Assembly (NCBI GenBank): GCA_016930715.1
Contig: JAFGGC010000012.1
Coordinates: 8,454 to 72,453 of the forward strand
Reading direction: 5' to 3'
DNA: 64,000 nt
DNA from: Endomicrobiales bacterium
GTDB taxonomy: Bacteria; Elusimicrobiota; Endomicrobiia; Endomicrobiales; JAFGGC01
Part shown: piece by piece, positions 9,383 to 18,820 of the stretch
Layout of the letters: the number at the start of each line of letters is the position of its first letter
Numbering within the stretch: position 1 is the stretch's first letter
Program-made: the position numbers and the translations under genes
Notes under the pieces: model-generated
Seen by the model: only the letters and a program-made list of their open reading frames with translations
Database searches by the model: none
What the model was told of the DNA's origin: nothing

Positions 9383-10201
9383 ATGAAAAAAGCATTGTCA
9401 ATAAATATGTTGTCTCTGGCGTGCATATTTTTGGTAGGCATTCTTGATTACATCACTGGATACGAAGTTTCGTTTTCGGTTTTCTATCTTATACCCATAC
9501 TTATATCAAGCATAAACACCGGGTTTTTGCCTGCATTATTGGTGTCTTTCTTAAGCGCGGCCTCGTGGCTTACAGCAGACCTATTGTGGCAACGCGCCTA
9601 TTCTCACTGGTTCATACCTTACTGGAACGCCGCTGTTCGGTTAAGTTTTTTCATCACCATCGCCTATCTTTCGGCTAAATTGATGAAAGAACTGAGCAAA
9701 GAGAAATTTCTTTCACGTACCGATAGTACTACCGATATCGCGAACTCCAGGCATTTTATAGAAATGCTTAATCTCGAGATTTTTGGGATGGCCAGGCACG
9801 GCAGGCCATTTACCCTTCTTTACATTGACGCGGATAATTTTAAACAGGTCAACGATGCATTCGGACACAAGAGAGGTGATGAACTTTTGCGTTCAATAGC
9901 CAGCATAATACGGCAGAATGTCCGCAACACCGATCTGCCGGCGCGGATCGGAGGAGACGAATTCTGCGTGATAATGCCCGAAACAGACGCCAACAGCGCA
10001 AAGTCAGCCGCCGACAAGCTGCATGTTTTTATGACTAAAAGCATGACAGAGAACAATTATACCGTATCGTTCAGTATCGGCGCGGTGACTTTTCTAAAGA
10101 TACCCGATTCGGCCGAGCAGGCGCTCAAGGAAGCCGATAACACGATGTACATCGCAAAAAAAACTGGAAAAAACAGAATTGAATACAAAACGATAACCTA
10201 G
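9383..10201 (+). CDS. Membrane-anchored diguanylate cyclase (GGDEF)
   Basis: Four N-terminal TM helices. GGDEF domain has an intact GGDEF motif (RIGGDEFCV) and an RxxD I-site (RNTD) five residues upstream. Confidence 0.9.
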   Translation: MKKALSINMLSLACIFLVGILDYITGYEVSFSVFYLIPILISSINTGFLPALLVSFLSAASWLTADLLWQRAYSHWFIPYWNAAVRLSFFITIAYLSAKLMKELSKEKFLSRTDSTTDIANSRHFIEMLNLEIFGMARHGRPFTLLYIDADNFKQVNDAFGHKRGDELLRSIASIIRQNVRNTDLPARIGGDEFCVIMPETDANSAKSAADKLHVFMTKSMTENNYTVSFSIGAVTFLKIPDSAEQALKEADNTMYIAKKTGKNRIEYKTIT

Positions 10202-10203
10202 CT

Positions 10204-11295
10204 CTAAATACCAAGAATACCTGCGAAATCTTCCGCGATTTTATCCCACTTGTATCCGGACAAATAGCCAGTGTCAGCAAGGCCCACGGCATGCCTGCGG
10301 CTATCCGCGTAGATCCTGCTCATAACCTCAGACGCATGGCTTGCGTCAGGAAGGACAATCTCGGCGCCTTTGACACCCCCTTCATATTTTTCGTCCTTAA
10401 GGGGCATGAGCGAATGCCTGATGAAATATGCGTTATCCTCATTTAGAAAATCGCACTGGCCACCCCATTTTACCGAAGCCACGGGAAGCCCGCAGGCGAG
10501 CGCCTCAAGAAAACAAAGCCCGAACGCCTCGCCTTTGGTCATGGAGAAATAGCAGTCCGCGCCGCGGTACAGCTCTCCCATCTGCGCCTCGCTCAGGCGC
10601 TCCGTCACGACCCGTATCGGCGCCGAACCTGATTTTGTTTTTGATTCTATCAAGCCCATGATGTCGGAGTACTCAAAACTTTTAGGCCTGCCCCTGGGAA
10701 CATATGTCAGCTTCAGGACGAGTTCAACCCTGTCACTGGCGCCAAAGGCCTTCGAATAGCTCTCAAGCAGCAGTTCGACACCCTCTCTTTTATGGGGGGC
10801 GGCTGCGCATAAAAAAGTAAAAGCACCGTTTTTATTCGTGCTTTTGCGTGGATAATAGAACTCCGGATTGAATCCGTAGCGCAGCACAACCACCTTCTTT
10901 TCTTCCACGCCCGAACCGACAAATACGCGCCTGCAAAAATCGGACGGCACGACGACCTTGTCAAGTTTCGAGTTTATCGATTCGACCCAAAGCTCCGGAA
11001 GTTTAGTGAATTCGTAAACGAGAAATCCTATCCTATACGCACTTTCCGGAAGATACTCATAAGCCCTGGGGTTTTCGAACGTGAAGACAACGTCTCCTTT
11101 AAAGGCATTGGTTATCCTGGATTTTATGGTATAATCTAAACCGAAACGCTCGTCGTAAAGGAAACCCTTGCGTTCGTATACGTTGACAGGCACGCCGAGC
11201 TTTACGAGGGCGGAAAGCATCTCTCTTGACACTTTAGCCCAGCTTGTAATGCTCCTCAATATCCCGAAATAGGTAACGGTTTTATCCAATGGCAA
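10204..11295 (-). CDS. Glycosyltransferase, GT-B fold (family 1/4-like)
   Basis: 363 aa. C-terminal half carries the typical GT4 E-x7-E region (…FSMTKGEAFGLCFLEALACGLPV…). Apparent TTG start. Confidence 0.8.
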   Translation of the reverse strand: MPLDKTVTYFGILRSITSWAKVSREMLSALVKLGVPVNVYERKGFLYDERFGLDYTIKSRITNAFKGDVVFTFENPRAYEYLPESAYRIGFLVYEFTKLPELWVESINSKLDKVVVPSDFCRRVFVGSGVEEKKVVVLRYGFNPEFYYPRKSTNKNGAFTFLCAAAPHKREGVELLLESYSKAFGASDRVELVLKLTYVPRGRPKSFEYSDIMGLIESKTKSGSAPIRVVTERLSEAQMGELYRGADCYFSMTKGEAFGLCFLEALACGLPVASVKWGGQCDFLNEDNAYFIRHSLMPLKDEKYEGGVKGAEIVLPDASHASEVMSRIYADSRRHAVGLADTGYLSGYKWDKIAEDFAGILGI

Positions 11296-12356
11296 ACCCT
11301 TTGATGTTCAGACCTTCCAGATGCATAATCGAGCTTTCCAGCGCCTGCAACCTCAGGTGCGTAACGTGCGCTCTCTGGAAGCGTCCGGTTGAATCATCCG
11401 CCCCGGATGCGCGGCCAAGGCTCTCAAAAAATTCTCTGCTCGGCGTTTACGGCGGACTCAAGGATATCGGCGTCAGGCGAGTTTCTTACCTTGGCGGCGA
11501 GCCTTTCCTGAACAACTGGCTGACAGGCACTGCCCGCGACGCAAGAAAAGCCGGGCTTATAACCGCCGTCGTGACTAACGGGAGCGCGATAACGGACAAA
11601 AATATCGATGAACTGACAAAACAAAACGCGTTCGACATAATGATATTCTCGATCGACGGTCCAAGACACGTCCACGACCGCATCCGCGGTGTTCCAGGTA
11701 CTTTCGATGCGGCAGTCGCAACTATAAAAAGAATACAAAAAATCAGGAAATCAAAGAATTCCAAGACGCCTAAAATCTATATTTACATGACCGTGTCTTC
11801 GTTAAACGCCGCTCATATATTCGAAACCGCCCGAATCGCGCAGTCCCTCGACGCTGCCGCCTTCAAGATCCTTTCCGCTTCTTGCGTTGATGACGCGGCG
11901 ATGAAGAGAACCAACGCGCTTTTCGAGAAACCCGTGTTGCTTTACCATTCCTACGCCGTTGGCAGCGGGATCAGGCTTAAAAAATCTCCCTCAAACCTAA
12001 AAACACAGATTAAAGACGTTAAAAACCTGGCAAAACGGTCCGGTTTCAGGATGTTTATCGAAAAGATATTTGAAAACGGCCGCGGCGCGGAAGAATGCCG
12101 TTTTCTCGCAGACGACTTCGTCATATCGGAACACGGCGACGTGTGCCTCTGCCCGATGCTGCCGAACCTGACGATCGGAAACGTTTTCTCTGACGGATTA
12201 CCCGGGATATTCAGCGATAATCACGCGCTGGCCTCGCTGAACAGGATCAAGGAGCTTTCGGATTCCGGCAAACTGCCGGTGTGCGGGGAATGCTGCGTGG
12301 AAAAACTTAAAGTTTCAAAGCCGTCCCGCAAACATCCGCGTAAAAAAGATGCTTGA
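11289..12356 (+). CDS. Radical SAM protein with C-terminal SPASM/twitch domain
   Basis: CNLRCVTCALW (CxxxCxxC) near the N-terminus. The C-terminal Cys cluster (…GDVCLCPML…IGNV…LPVCGECC) matches the SPASM layout. The true start may be Met at 11304. Confidence 0.85.
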   Translation: MANPLMFRPSRCIIELSSACNLRCVTCALWKRPVESSAPDARPRLSKNSLLGVYGGLKDIGVRRVSYLGGEPFLNNWLTGTARDARKAGLITAVVTNGSAITDKNIDELTKQNAFDIMIFSIDGPRHVHDRIRGVPGTFDAAVATIKRIQKIRKSKNSKTPKIYIYMTVSSLNAAHIFETARIAQSLDAAAFKILSASCVDDAAMKRTNALFEKPVLLYHSYAVGSGIRLKKSPSNLKTQIKDVKNLAKRSGFRMFIEKIFENGRGAEECRFLADDFVISEHGDVCLCPMLPNLTIGNVFSDGLPGIFSDNHALASLNRIKELSDSGKLPVCGECCVEKLKVSKPSRKHPRKKDA

Positions 12357-13101
12357 ACGGCAGGAACATTGAAATAAAGTTCAGCCGTCTGATGAAAACG
12401 TCGTCTTTTAAAAAAAAGTAGGCGTAATGGGGGTTCTTTTCAAGCCGCACGTCGCACCTGCCAAATCCGCTCTTTCCGAACACCTTTTTCAAGGAGAAAA
12501 CGGTCTGTTCGTTCACGTGGTAGTCCTCCCTCAAACCCCGAGGCAGAAGCTTCTTCATATCCCACGGAAGCCTTATGCCGTATAGCCGTCCCAATATATT
12601 GTAGATTTTCAGGCCCGCGTTAACGAATATCCTGTTCGGGGACGTGTGAAACACGGCTTTCCCTCCTTTTTTGAGCCATACGCAGGAAAGTTCAGCGAGC
12701 TTTTTAAAATCTCCGGGTTCCAGATGCTCTATTATATCGGAAAGAATGACTACGTCAAAAGATTCTTCTTTAAAACCGGCGTCCAGTACGTCCTTTTTAA
12801 GAAATTCCACGCGTCCTTTTAAGCCCGGATTTTTAACAAGCCACTTTTTGAGCGTTTCGGCAGCTATTTCTATCGCGGCGCTGGAGCTGTCCACCCCCGT
12901 GACCTCGGCGCCGGCAAGCGCGCAGTGAAGGGAGAGTTCGCCCCGTCCGCATCCGACGTCAAGAACCCTTGTGGACGCGCTGACGCCGGCGAGGCCAAAC
13001 ACTTTTTTAAGCCTTGGGCTCAATGCCCGGCCGCCCGAGGAGACAAACTGCTCAAACCCCTCGCAGTCGCCCAAAAAATATTCTCTTGAATACCGGATCA
13101 T
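12307..13101 (-). CDS. Class I SAM-dependent methyltransferase
   Basis: Motif I VLDVGCGRG and the post-I acidic residue are present. 264 aa. Confidence 0.85.
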   Translation of the reverse strand: MIRYSREYFLGDCEGFEQFVSSGGRALSPRLKKVFGLAGVSASTRVLDVGCGRGELSLHCALAGAEVTGVDSSSAAIEIAAETLKKWLVKNPGLKGRVEFLKKDVLDAGFKEESFDVVILSDIIEHLEPGDFKKLAELSCVWLKKGGKAVFHTSPNRIFVNAGLKIYNILGRLYGIRLPWDMKKLLPRGLREDYHVNEQTVFSLKKVFGKSGFGRCDVRLEKNPHYAYFFLKDDVFIRRLNFISMFLPFKHLFYADVCGTALKL

Positions 13102-13129
13102 TAAAGGTTTTTGTGATACTGAAGTGTTG

Positions 13130-13399
13130 TCAGCCGAAATTGTAGTGCTTCCTGACTTTCTTGATTACCTTCCACCTGCATCCGAGCCCCTGTGGGAACG
13201 TCGCGAAATCGCCCTTCCGAATGAAAGCGGTTTTTCCGCTCGAATCGGTGACCTCGACTTCCCCCTCGAGAAAAAAACACTCTTCCCTGGAGTCATAGTG
13301 CCAGTCGAACTCGCTTTGTTCCTTCTCCCAGGTCGGCCATCCGAAAACTCCGAGCTTTTTTGCTTCTTCGTCCGTCATTTTTTTGACCTTGATATCCAT
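13130..13399 (-). CDS. Small cupin domain protein (cupin_3/DUF861-like)
   Basis: 89 aa. WPTWEKE…FFLEGEVEV…GDFATFPQG pattern is typical of single-domain cupins. Confidence 0.7.
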   Translation of the reverse strand: MDIKVKKMTDEEAKKLGVFGWPTWEKEQSEFDWHYDSREECFFLEGEVEVTDSSGKTAFIRKGDFATFPQGLGCRWKVIKKVRKHYNFG

Positions 13400-13408
13400 T
13401 TTCCGCTC

Positions 13409-14473
13409 CTATTTCGATTTCTGGGGATTCATGTGGACGACCCTCTGCGGGAAAGGTATTTCTATACCTTCCTTGCCATACCTTTCTTGCAGCTCTTTAA
13501 CGAATTCATGCTTTACGAGGTATTGGTCGACGAACTCATTGACCCTGAGAATCACCGTGAAATTTATGGAAGAGTCCCCGAACGTGTGGTACCTTATGAA
13601 CGGCTCGAAGGTCCCGGTGCCGCCCGTGGTTTTCTTGAGCACCTCGCGCGCCACGTCTATCGTTACCTCTTCCACTTTCTTCAGATTGCTAGCGTAAGAA
13701 ACTCCCACCTGCACCAGAACGCTCATCTCCTTTTCGGGCAGCCAGTAATTCGTCACTATGGAGGAACTCAGTTTACTGTTCGGTATGATGACGATGTTAT
13801 TGGGGAGCTGTCTTATGCTCGTCGTCCTCCATCCGATGTTGAGAACATAGCCTTCCTGGCCCGAATCAAGCGAGATGTAGTCACCCGGACGCACCTGTCT
13901 TGAAGCGAGTATATGGAAACCGGCGAAGAGGTTGGTCAGCGTGTCCTGAAGGGCGAGCGCCACGGCAAGAGAACCGACACCTAGGGCCGTCAAAATGGGG
14001 GTTATCGAGATACCGAGCTGGGACAAGACCACGAGCGCGCCGAGGGCGATGACCGTCAGATATATCATTTTCTGCGCAAGGCTCGTCACCGCAACATTGG
14101 AAAACACCCTTGCTCCGTACTCGCCAACTATATCCACCAGCAGCACCGCCACGAAATAGGTCACGATGATAAGCATCGCCGCGACCGCTGTCTTGTTTAC
14201 AGCTCCGTGCAAGGCACCGTTCACGGGCATTATTCTCGAGCCCGCGATTAAGCCCATCACGATAAAAATGGCAAGTATAGGCCTTTTGCTCCTCCTGATC
14301 AGTATATCATCGATCCTTGTTTCCGTCTTTTTTGAGATTTTGTGCAGGTAATGAAACACTATTTTCCTTGCGTAGAAACCCAAAACCCAAAAAACGAGCA
14401 CCGCAAGGATGCCGAGCCCCCATCTCTGCCAATCCATCACAAAACTTTCGACAACAGCATCGAATAATTCCAT
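13409..14473 (-). CDS. Mechanosensitive ion channel (MscS family)
   Basis: 354 aa. TM helices are followed by the MscS beta-domain signature (…LFAGFHILASRQVRPGDYISL…). Confidence 0.9.
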   Translation of the reverse strand: MELFDAVVESFVMDWQRWGLGILAVLVFWVLGFYARKIVFHYLHKISKKTETRIDDILIRRSKRPILAIFIVMGLIAGSRIMPVNGALHGAVNKTAVAAMLIIVTYFVAVLLVDIVGEYGARVFSNVAVTSLAQKMIYLTVIALGALVVLSQLGISITPILTALGVGSLAVALALQDTLTNLFAGFHILASRQVRPGDYISLDSGQEGYVLNIGWRTTSIRQLPNNIVIIPNSKLSSSIVTNYWLPEKEMSVLVQVGVSYASNLKKVEEVTIDVAREVLKKTTGGTGTFEPFIRYHTFGDSSINFTVILRVNEFVDQYLVKHEFVKELQERYGKEGIEIPFPQRVVHMNPQKSK

Positions 14474-14557
14474 TCAAGCCTCCGAGTGCACCACATTGCC
14501 TCGCCCAAAAAGTAACAACCAGCTTTGATTACCGGCGGTATTTTGCATATTGTATTA

Positions 14558-15517
14558 TTAGTTTCCTTTTAAATCAAGGAGCTCGCGAAATAGCGTCTTT
14601 TCTTCACTCCTGAATCTCCGTTCCGCGGAAGAAACGTTTTCTTCAAGCTGGACGACGTTTCTCGCCCCTATTATAACGGATGACACGTAAGGATTGGCCA
14701 AAACGAAATTTATGGCCGCCTGCGCGCAGGTTCTGCCGGTCCTGCGGGCAAACTCCGTAAGAACCGAAGACATCTCAAGGTTCTCGGCAAGCTTTTCGCC
14801 GGTGAAATCCGCGCTCCGTTTTCTGTAATCGTCCGCGGGCAGTCCGCTGATGCGCGCGCCGTCGTATTTTCCGGAAAGAAAGCCCTTCTTAAGCGGTTCG
14901 TAGGCGAGTATTCCTATACCGTTCTTTTCGCAGCAGCGGAACACTTCTTTCTCATTGCCTCTGTTTATCAGGTTGTATTCCACCTGGTTCGACGCCGGCA
15001 GGCCTGCGGGCAGAATTTTCTCAAGCTGGCCCGAACTGAAATTGGAAACCCCGGCGTGCCTTGCCTTGCCCTGCCTGACAAGCTCAAGCGCCGCCTCCCA
15101 GCCCTCTTCTATGTCCTTCTCGGGGTTAGGCCAGTGTATCTGGTAAAGGTCGATCACGTCCGCTTTAAGCCTTTTAAGGCTGGCCTCGGCCTCTCTTATC
15201 ACGCTCTCCCGCTTCAGGCAGAACGACATGTTCCTCCCGGCGTCCCAGACAAGCCCGAACTTCGTGGCCACGCACGGCCTGTCGGTAACTCCTTTCAACG
15301 CCCTGCCGACTACCTCTTCAGCGTGGCCAAGACCGTAGATCGGCGCCGTGTCTATCCAGTTTATCCCGAGCTCAAGCGCCTTTCTTATCACGGCCACGGA
15401 TTCCCTGTCGTCCTGGGGGCCGCCGGAATGCTTCCACCCGCCTCCGCCGAAAACCCAGGTCCCAAGTCCGAATTCCGTGAATTCGAGGCCGGTCCGGCCG
15501 ATTCTGTTCCTGTTCAT
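14558..15517 (-). CDS. Aldo/keto reductase
   Basis: AKR catalytic residues are in context (IDTAPIYG, ATKFG, YQIHWP). Start lies 1 nt after the upstream stop. Confidence 0.9.
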   Translation of the reverse strand: MNRNRIGRTGLEFTEFGLGTWVFGGGGWKHSGGPQDDRESVAVIRKALELGINWIDTAPIYGLGHAEEVVGRALKGVTDRPCVATKFGLVWDAGRNMSFCLKRESVIREAEASLKRLKADVIDLYQIHWPNPEKDIEEGWEAALELVRQGKARHAGVSNFSSGQLEKILPAGLPASNQVEYNLINRGNEKEVFRCCEKNGIGILAYEPLKKGFLSGKYDGARISGLPADDYRKRSADFTGEKLAENLEMSSVLTEFARRTGRTCAQAAINFVLANPYVSSVIIGARNVVQLEENVSSAERRFRSEEKTLFRELLDLKGN

Positions 15518-15518
15518 A

Positions 15519-16871
15519 TCACATCCACCACGGCTTCTCGACCCCCATTACCTTCTCCCATATATCCTTTTCTTCCATGCACAGGTACAGGGGCGTTGTT
15601 TTGCTCCTGGCGCGGATCCACCCTCTCATCTTCGTGAAAATGTCTATCCTCAGCTGGGAATAGTACCGCATTTTTCCGTCGTTGCCGGTCACCATTTCCG
15701 CGTAGAGATAGTCGGAGTTCGGAAATCTTTCTTCGATGATGGGCTTGAGCGTCCTGTGGAACCTCAAAGTGCCCAGGCTTATCCAGGCGATTTCCTTGAA
15801 AGAATCAAAAACCCTGTTCACCACTTCTTGATAGTCCCTGTCCCATCCCCCGTAAAATATTATCGGGTCGAAATGGAACGCCACCTTGTAGCCGGCGTCG
15901 CGGCACTTCTCGGCCGCGGCAAAACGCTCTCCGAGAGGCGCCGCGCCGGGCTCTTCTGCCGCCGCGACTTCTTCCGGACTTAAAGTCCACGCGACAACCG
16001 TCCTGCCGCCGTGATCAAGCTTCAGCAGGTTCTCGACGTTCGCGCTTTTTGTCTTGAGCTCCAGCAAAGCTTTCTTGTCCGCGAAAAACGGCACGAGCGT
16101 CTTCGAGTACTCCGTCATGTCGTCAAGCGCGAGCGAATCGCCGAACTCACCGGTACCCACCCTGATTTCCCTGTTCTTGAAATTTTGCAGGTAAGCGTCG
16201 ATCTTTTCGAGAAAATCATCAACGTTCGCGTCTATCACGATGCCCGGGAAATTGGTATAGTGCTGGAGGTAGCAGTAACTGCAGTCGTAGGGGCACCCGA
16301 AACCGAGATTCACGATGTGGTACGAACAGCACACGACCTTTTTGGTGCACGGGCACGGCTTGATGAAATCCCACTTTTGCCGGGCTATGAAAATTTCACG
16401 TTTCTTGAGGTCAATACCCGAAACCCTGTTTTCCCTGTGGAAATCCTTCAGGCTCTTGATGGTCTTCGAGGGCGCGTCACCGTAGAGCTTCAGGGCCCTC
16501 TTAGCGAGGGCGGAATCCCTGACGCTTTCCTCGATATATATCATCTCGGGATAGAACGGCTCCCTGTATACACGGCTTTTTCTGTTCGCGCCGCCCAGCC
16601 TCTGGAACTGCACGCTGAAGTCGTCCTGAAAAGACGCGTTCGGGAACCTTCTGGATATGAGATATTTCTTTATCCTTGAAAACTTCTCAAGATAGCTCCC
16701 CCGGGTATGGCTTATCACTTCTTTCAGCTCCGGGGCTTCCAGTATGCCTTCGGGGGTAACGCCTTCGCGCCTTGATATCTCGTAAACGAGGCGGGTCAGC
16801 TCGTTAAGCTTGTTTATGCCGAGCCTCAGTCCGGTTTGCCGCAGTATCAGCTTCCCGAGCTCATTTTCCAT
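15519..16871 (-). CDS. Spore-photoproduct-lyase-like radical SAM protein with ~150-aa N-terminal extension
   Basis: CPYDCSYCYLQ radical SAM motif at about residue 195. SPL-family-like C-terminal region. Overlaps the upstream gene by 25 nt. Confidence 0.75.
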   Translation of the reverse strand: MENELGKLILRQTGLRLGINKLNELTRLVYEISRREGVTPEGILEAPELKEVISHTRGSYLEKFSRIKKYLISRRFPNASFQDDFSVQFQRLGGANRKSRVYREPFYPEMIYIEESVRDSALAKRALKLYGDAPSKTIKSLKDFHRENRVSGIDLKKREIFIARQKWDFIKPCPCTKKVVCCSYHIVNLGFGCPYDCSYCYLQHYTNFPGIVIDANVDDFLEKIDAYLQNFKNREIRVGTGEFGDSLALDDMTEYSKTLVPFFADKKALLELKTKSANVENLLKLDHGGRTVVAWTLSPEEVAAAEEPGAAPLGERFAAAEKCRDAGYKVAFHFDPIIFYGGWDRDYQEVVNRVFDSFKEIAWISLGTLRFHRTLKPIIEERFPNSDYLYAEMVTGNDGKMRYYSQLRIDIFTKMRGWIRARSKTTPLYLCMEEKDIWEKVMGVEKPWWM

Positions 16872-17524
16872 TGCCGGTCCCCTATCATATTCACCACGCT
16901 TCTGACCGCGTTGTCCCTTGCGGCGGACACCGCCGCCCTGTCTTGCCTGTCAAGTTCCGCGTTAAAAGGTTTTGCTTTGGGAATGTCCGAAACGTACAGA
17001 ACAACCGACGATCCAATGCCGCGCCTTTTCGCGTTGTTAAAAACAAAATGCGCCTCCATGTCTATGCAATCAACGCCTTTCTTTTGTATAGCGGGAAAGA
17101 TTTCTGAGCATCCGTCTTCGGGCCGCGGCAACGAGCAGACGCTTCCCTTTTTAAACGGCAGAGCATCGCGCGCGAACGCCCGTTCTACCATATCATTGAG
17201 CCCGGAAGCGGGATACGAGGCGTTCTTTAAGGTCATGTCGAACGCTTTTTGAACCAGCATGATTTCCCCTACCTCCAGTGGAGATACCGCACCGCAGCTG
17301 CCGAGAAAAAAAACGTTCTTTACGCCCATTCCGGCAAGCACGTCGAAGGCTTTTGCGGTATTGTCTTCCCCGATACCCGAGCGGACAACCGCAAACCCTC
17401 CCGCGAAACTGACCGAAACGCCGCCGAAATCCCCGCCGCACCTCAGGTCCGCGTATTTCGAAAATATTTTCCGCGGCAGAAAGGGGGTCAATACGGCGGT
17501 GGTCGTTTTCTCGGTGCACGTCAT
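16847..17524 (-). CDS. PNP_UDP_1 family nucleosidase/phosphorylase-like protein (MTA/SAH/5'-deoxyadenosine nucleosidase-like)
   Basis: By-eye match to Pfs/MtnN blocks: SGIGEDNTAKA, FFLGSCGAV…VGEIMLV, CIDMEAH…LYVSD. Confidence 0.7.
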   Translation of the reverse strand: MTCTEKTTTAVLTPFLPRKIFSKYADLRCGGDFGGVSVSFAGGFAVVRSGIGEDNTAKAFDVLAGMGVKNVFFLGSCGAVSPLEVGEIMLVQKAFDMTLKNASYPASGLNDMVERAFARDALPFKKGSVCSLPRPEDGCSEIFPAIQKKGVDCIDMEAHFVFNNAKRRGIGSSVVLYVSDIPKAKPFNAELDRQDRAAVSAARDNAVRSVVNMIGDRQWKMSSGS

Positions 17525-17531
17525 GATTGTT

Positions 17532-18278
17532 TTATCGTCCCGGAGATTTATTCACCTGGAGCGAAGCGTCGAAGAGTAGTATGCCAGCCGCTATAGAGGC
17601 GTTGAGGGATTCCATACGTTTTGAGATCGGTATTCGAACCCGGCCGGTCAGCGTCTTGAGGATATCCGGGGATAACCCGCGCGCCTCGCTTCCCACGGCG
17701 AGAATGAACGAAGGCGGCCATTCGAACTCATAGATCGGGGTGCCTTTGATATCCGCCCCCACGACTTTGTGGCCGGACAGTTCTTCCGGATTTTTAAGTT
17801 CTATGACCTCTACGCCCCATAGCCCGCCCCCGGAAGCCCTTGCGGCTTTAGGCGAGAACGGGTCCACGCAGCCCGGGCCCAGTATCACGCCGCGGATATC
17901 GAAGGCGCAGGCCGTCCGTATTATGGTGCCCATATTCCCCGGGTCCGATATGCCGTCAAGGAGGAGATACCTCCCGTCCTTTGAAACCGTCTTGAAGCCA
18001 TTTATGACCAGGGGCGCCACGGCGATGACACCCTGGCTGTTCTCGGTGGAAGATACGGCATCGAACACCTTTTTGTCAAGAACGGTCACGCCGCCCGCGG
18101 GAATGCCCGGCGTCTTGACCCCTTCCCTTACGAACAACTCGTCGGCTCTTGGCAGCCCGTCCAGGGCCCTCACCCCCTCGACCGCGAACTTTCCGCACTT
18201 CCTTCGGAAATCCCTGTCGCTTATCAGTTTCTTGAGCCGTTTTATTTTTTCGTTGGACTTGGACGTTATTTTATCCAT
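17532..18278 (-). CDS. TrmH/SpoU family RNA 2'-O-methyltransferase (RlmB-like)
   Basis: SpoU motifs are present (…LLLDGISDPGNMGTIIRTA…, …ILAVGSEARGL…, …IPISKRMESLNASIAAGILLF). ATG at 18278 is preferred over the TTG-extended ORF start at 18317. Confidence 0.85.
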   Translation of the reverse strand: MDKITSKSNEKIKRLKKLISDRDFRRKCGKFAVEGVRALDGLPRADELFVREGVKTPGIPAGGVTVLDKKVFDAVSSTENSQGVIAVAPLVINGFKTVSKDGRYLLLDGISDPGNMGTIIRTACAFDIRGVILGPGCVDPFSPKAARASGGGLWGVEVIELKNPEELSGHKVVGADIKGTPIYEFEWPPSFILAVGSEARGLSPDILKTLTGRVRIPISKRMESLNASIAAGILLFDASLQVNKSPGR

Positions 18279-18410
18279 GTACCGGTTTAGTTTACTAAAG
18301 TGAAGCCCTCCAGTCAATAGAAACGAACCTCTTTATTCATTCGTTCCTTCGGAGGAGGGCGGAATCCCGCGCGATCCATACACCCGGGACAGCTATGCGG
18401 TGCAAACCCC

Positions 18411-18439
18411 TTGTTTATAAAAGTCTATTAAACTATAAT
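18411..18439 (+). promoter_or_regulatory. Sigma70-type promoter positioned for a leaderless mRNA
   Basis: TTGTTT (18411-18416), 17 nt, TATAAT (18434-18439), then 6 nt to the ATG at 18446. No SD. Confidence 0.5.
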
Positions 18440-18445
18440 AAAACA

Positions 18446-18739
18446 ATGCGTTACTGCCACAAATGCGGCGCCGTCATTGATGAATCAAAGCGCGTCTCCT
18501 TCAGGGACTCCTGCAACAAATGCGCTTCCGATCTCCATTCGTGCGCCAACTGCAGGTTCTACGACACTTCAAGGTCAAACTCCTGCTCGGCGCACGTCGA
18601 GGAAGCGTTCCCCGGCAAGGAACGCTTCAACTACTGCGAGGAATTCGAATTCAAGAACGCCGAAGGCCCCTCAAAACCCGGAACCGGCGAGAACTCAAAG
18701 GCAAGGGAGTCCTTCGACAAGCTTTTCAGGAAGAAATGA
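18446..18739 (+). CDS. Cys-rich zinc-ribbon protein, unknown function
   Basis: MRYCHKCGAV…CNKCASDLHSCANCRF…: three CxxC pairs and a basic C-terminal tail. The ORF-track start at 18395 is an upstream extension. Confidence 0.6.
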   Translation: MRYCHKCGAVIDESKRVSFRDSCNKCASDLHSCANCRFYDTSRSNSCSAHVEEAFPGKERFNYCEEFEFKNAEGPSKPGTGENSKARESFDKLFRKK

Positions 18740-18820
18740 GGAAACGCACCCCGCAGGAAATTTTTTGATACAAGAAAAAAAATACTTGCATCTTTATCTA
18801 TTTCTGCTATAGTGTTTATT

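Noticed and set aside
11289-11304. Apparent 7-nt overlap of the divergent start codons of the GT and radical SAM genes.
   Set aside because: This is probably a start-codon ambiguity. The GT uses a TTG at 11295 or 11289, and the radical SAM gene has an in-frame Met at 11304 just before its CxxxCxxC motif. It is noted under the trio finding but is not evidence of anything exotic by itself.
12307-12356. 50-nt convergent 3' overlap between the radical SAM and methyltransferase genes.
   Set aside because: The last ~16 residues of the radical SAM product (KVSKPSRKHPRKKDA) look like unstructured read-through to the next stop. Such tail overlaps are common in compact genomes.
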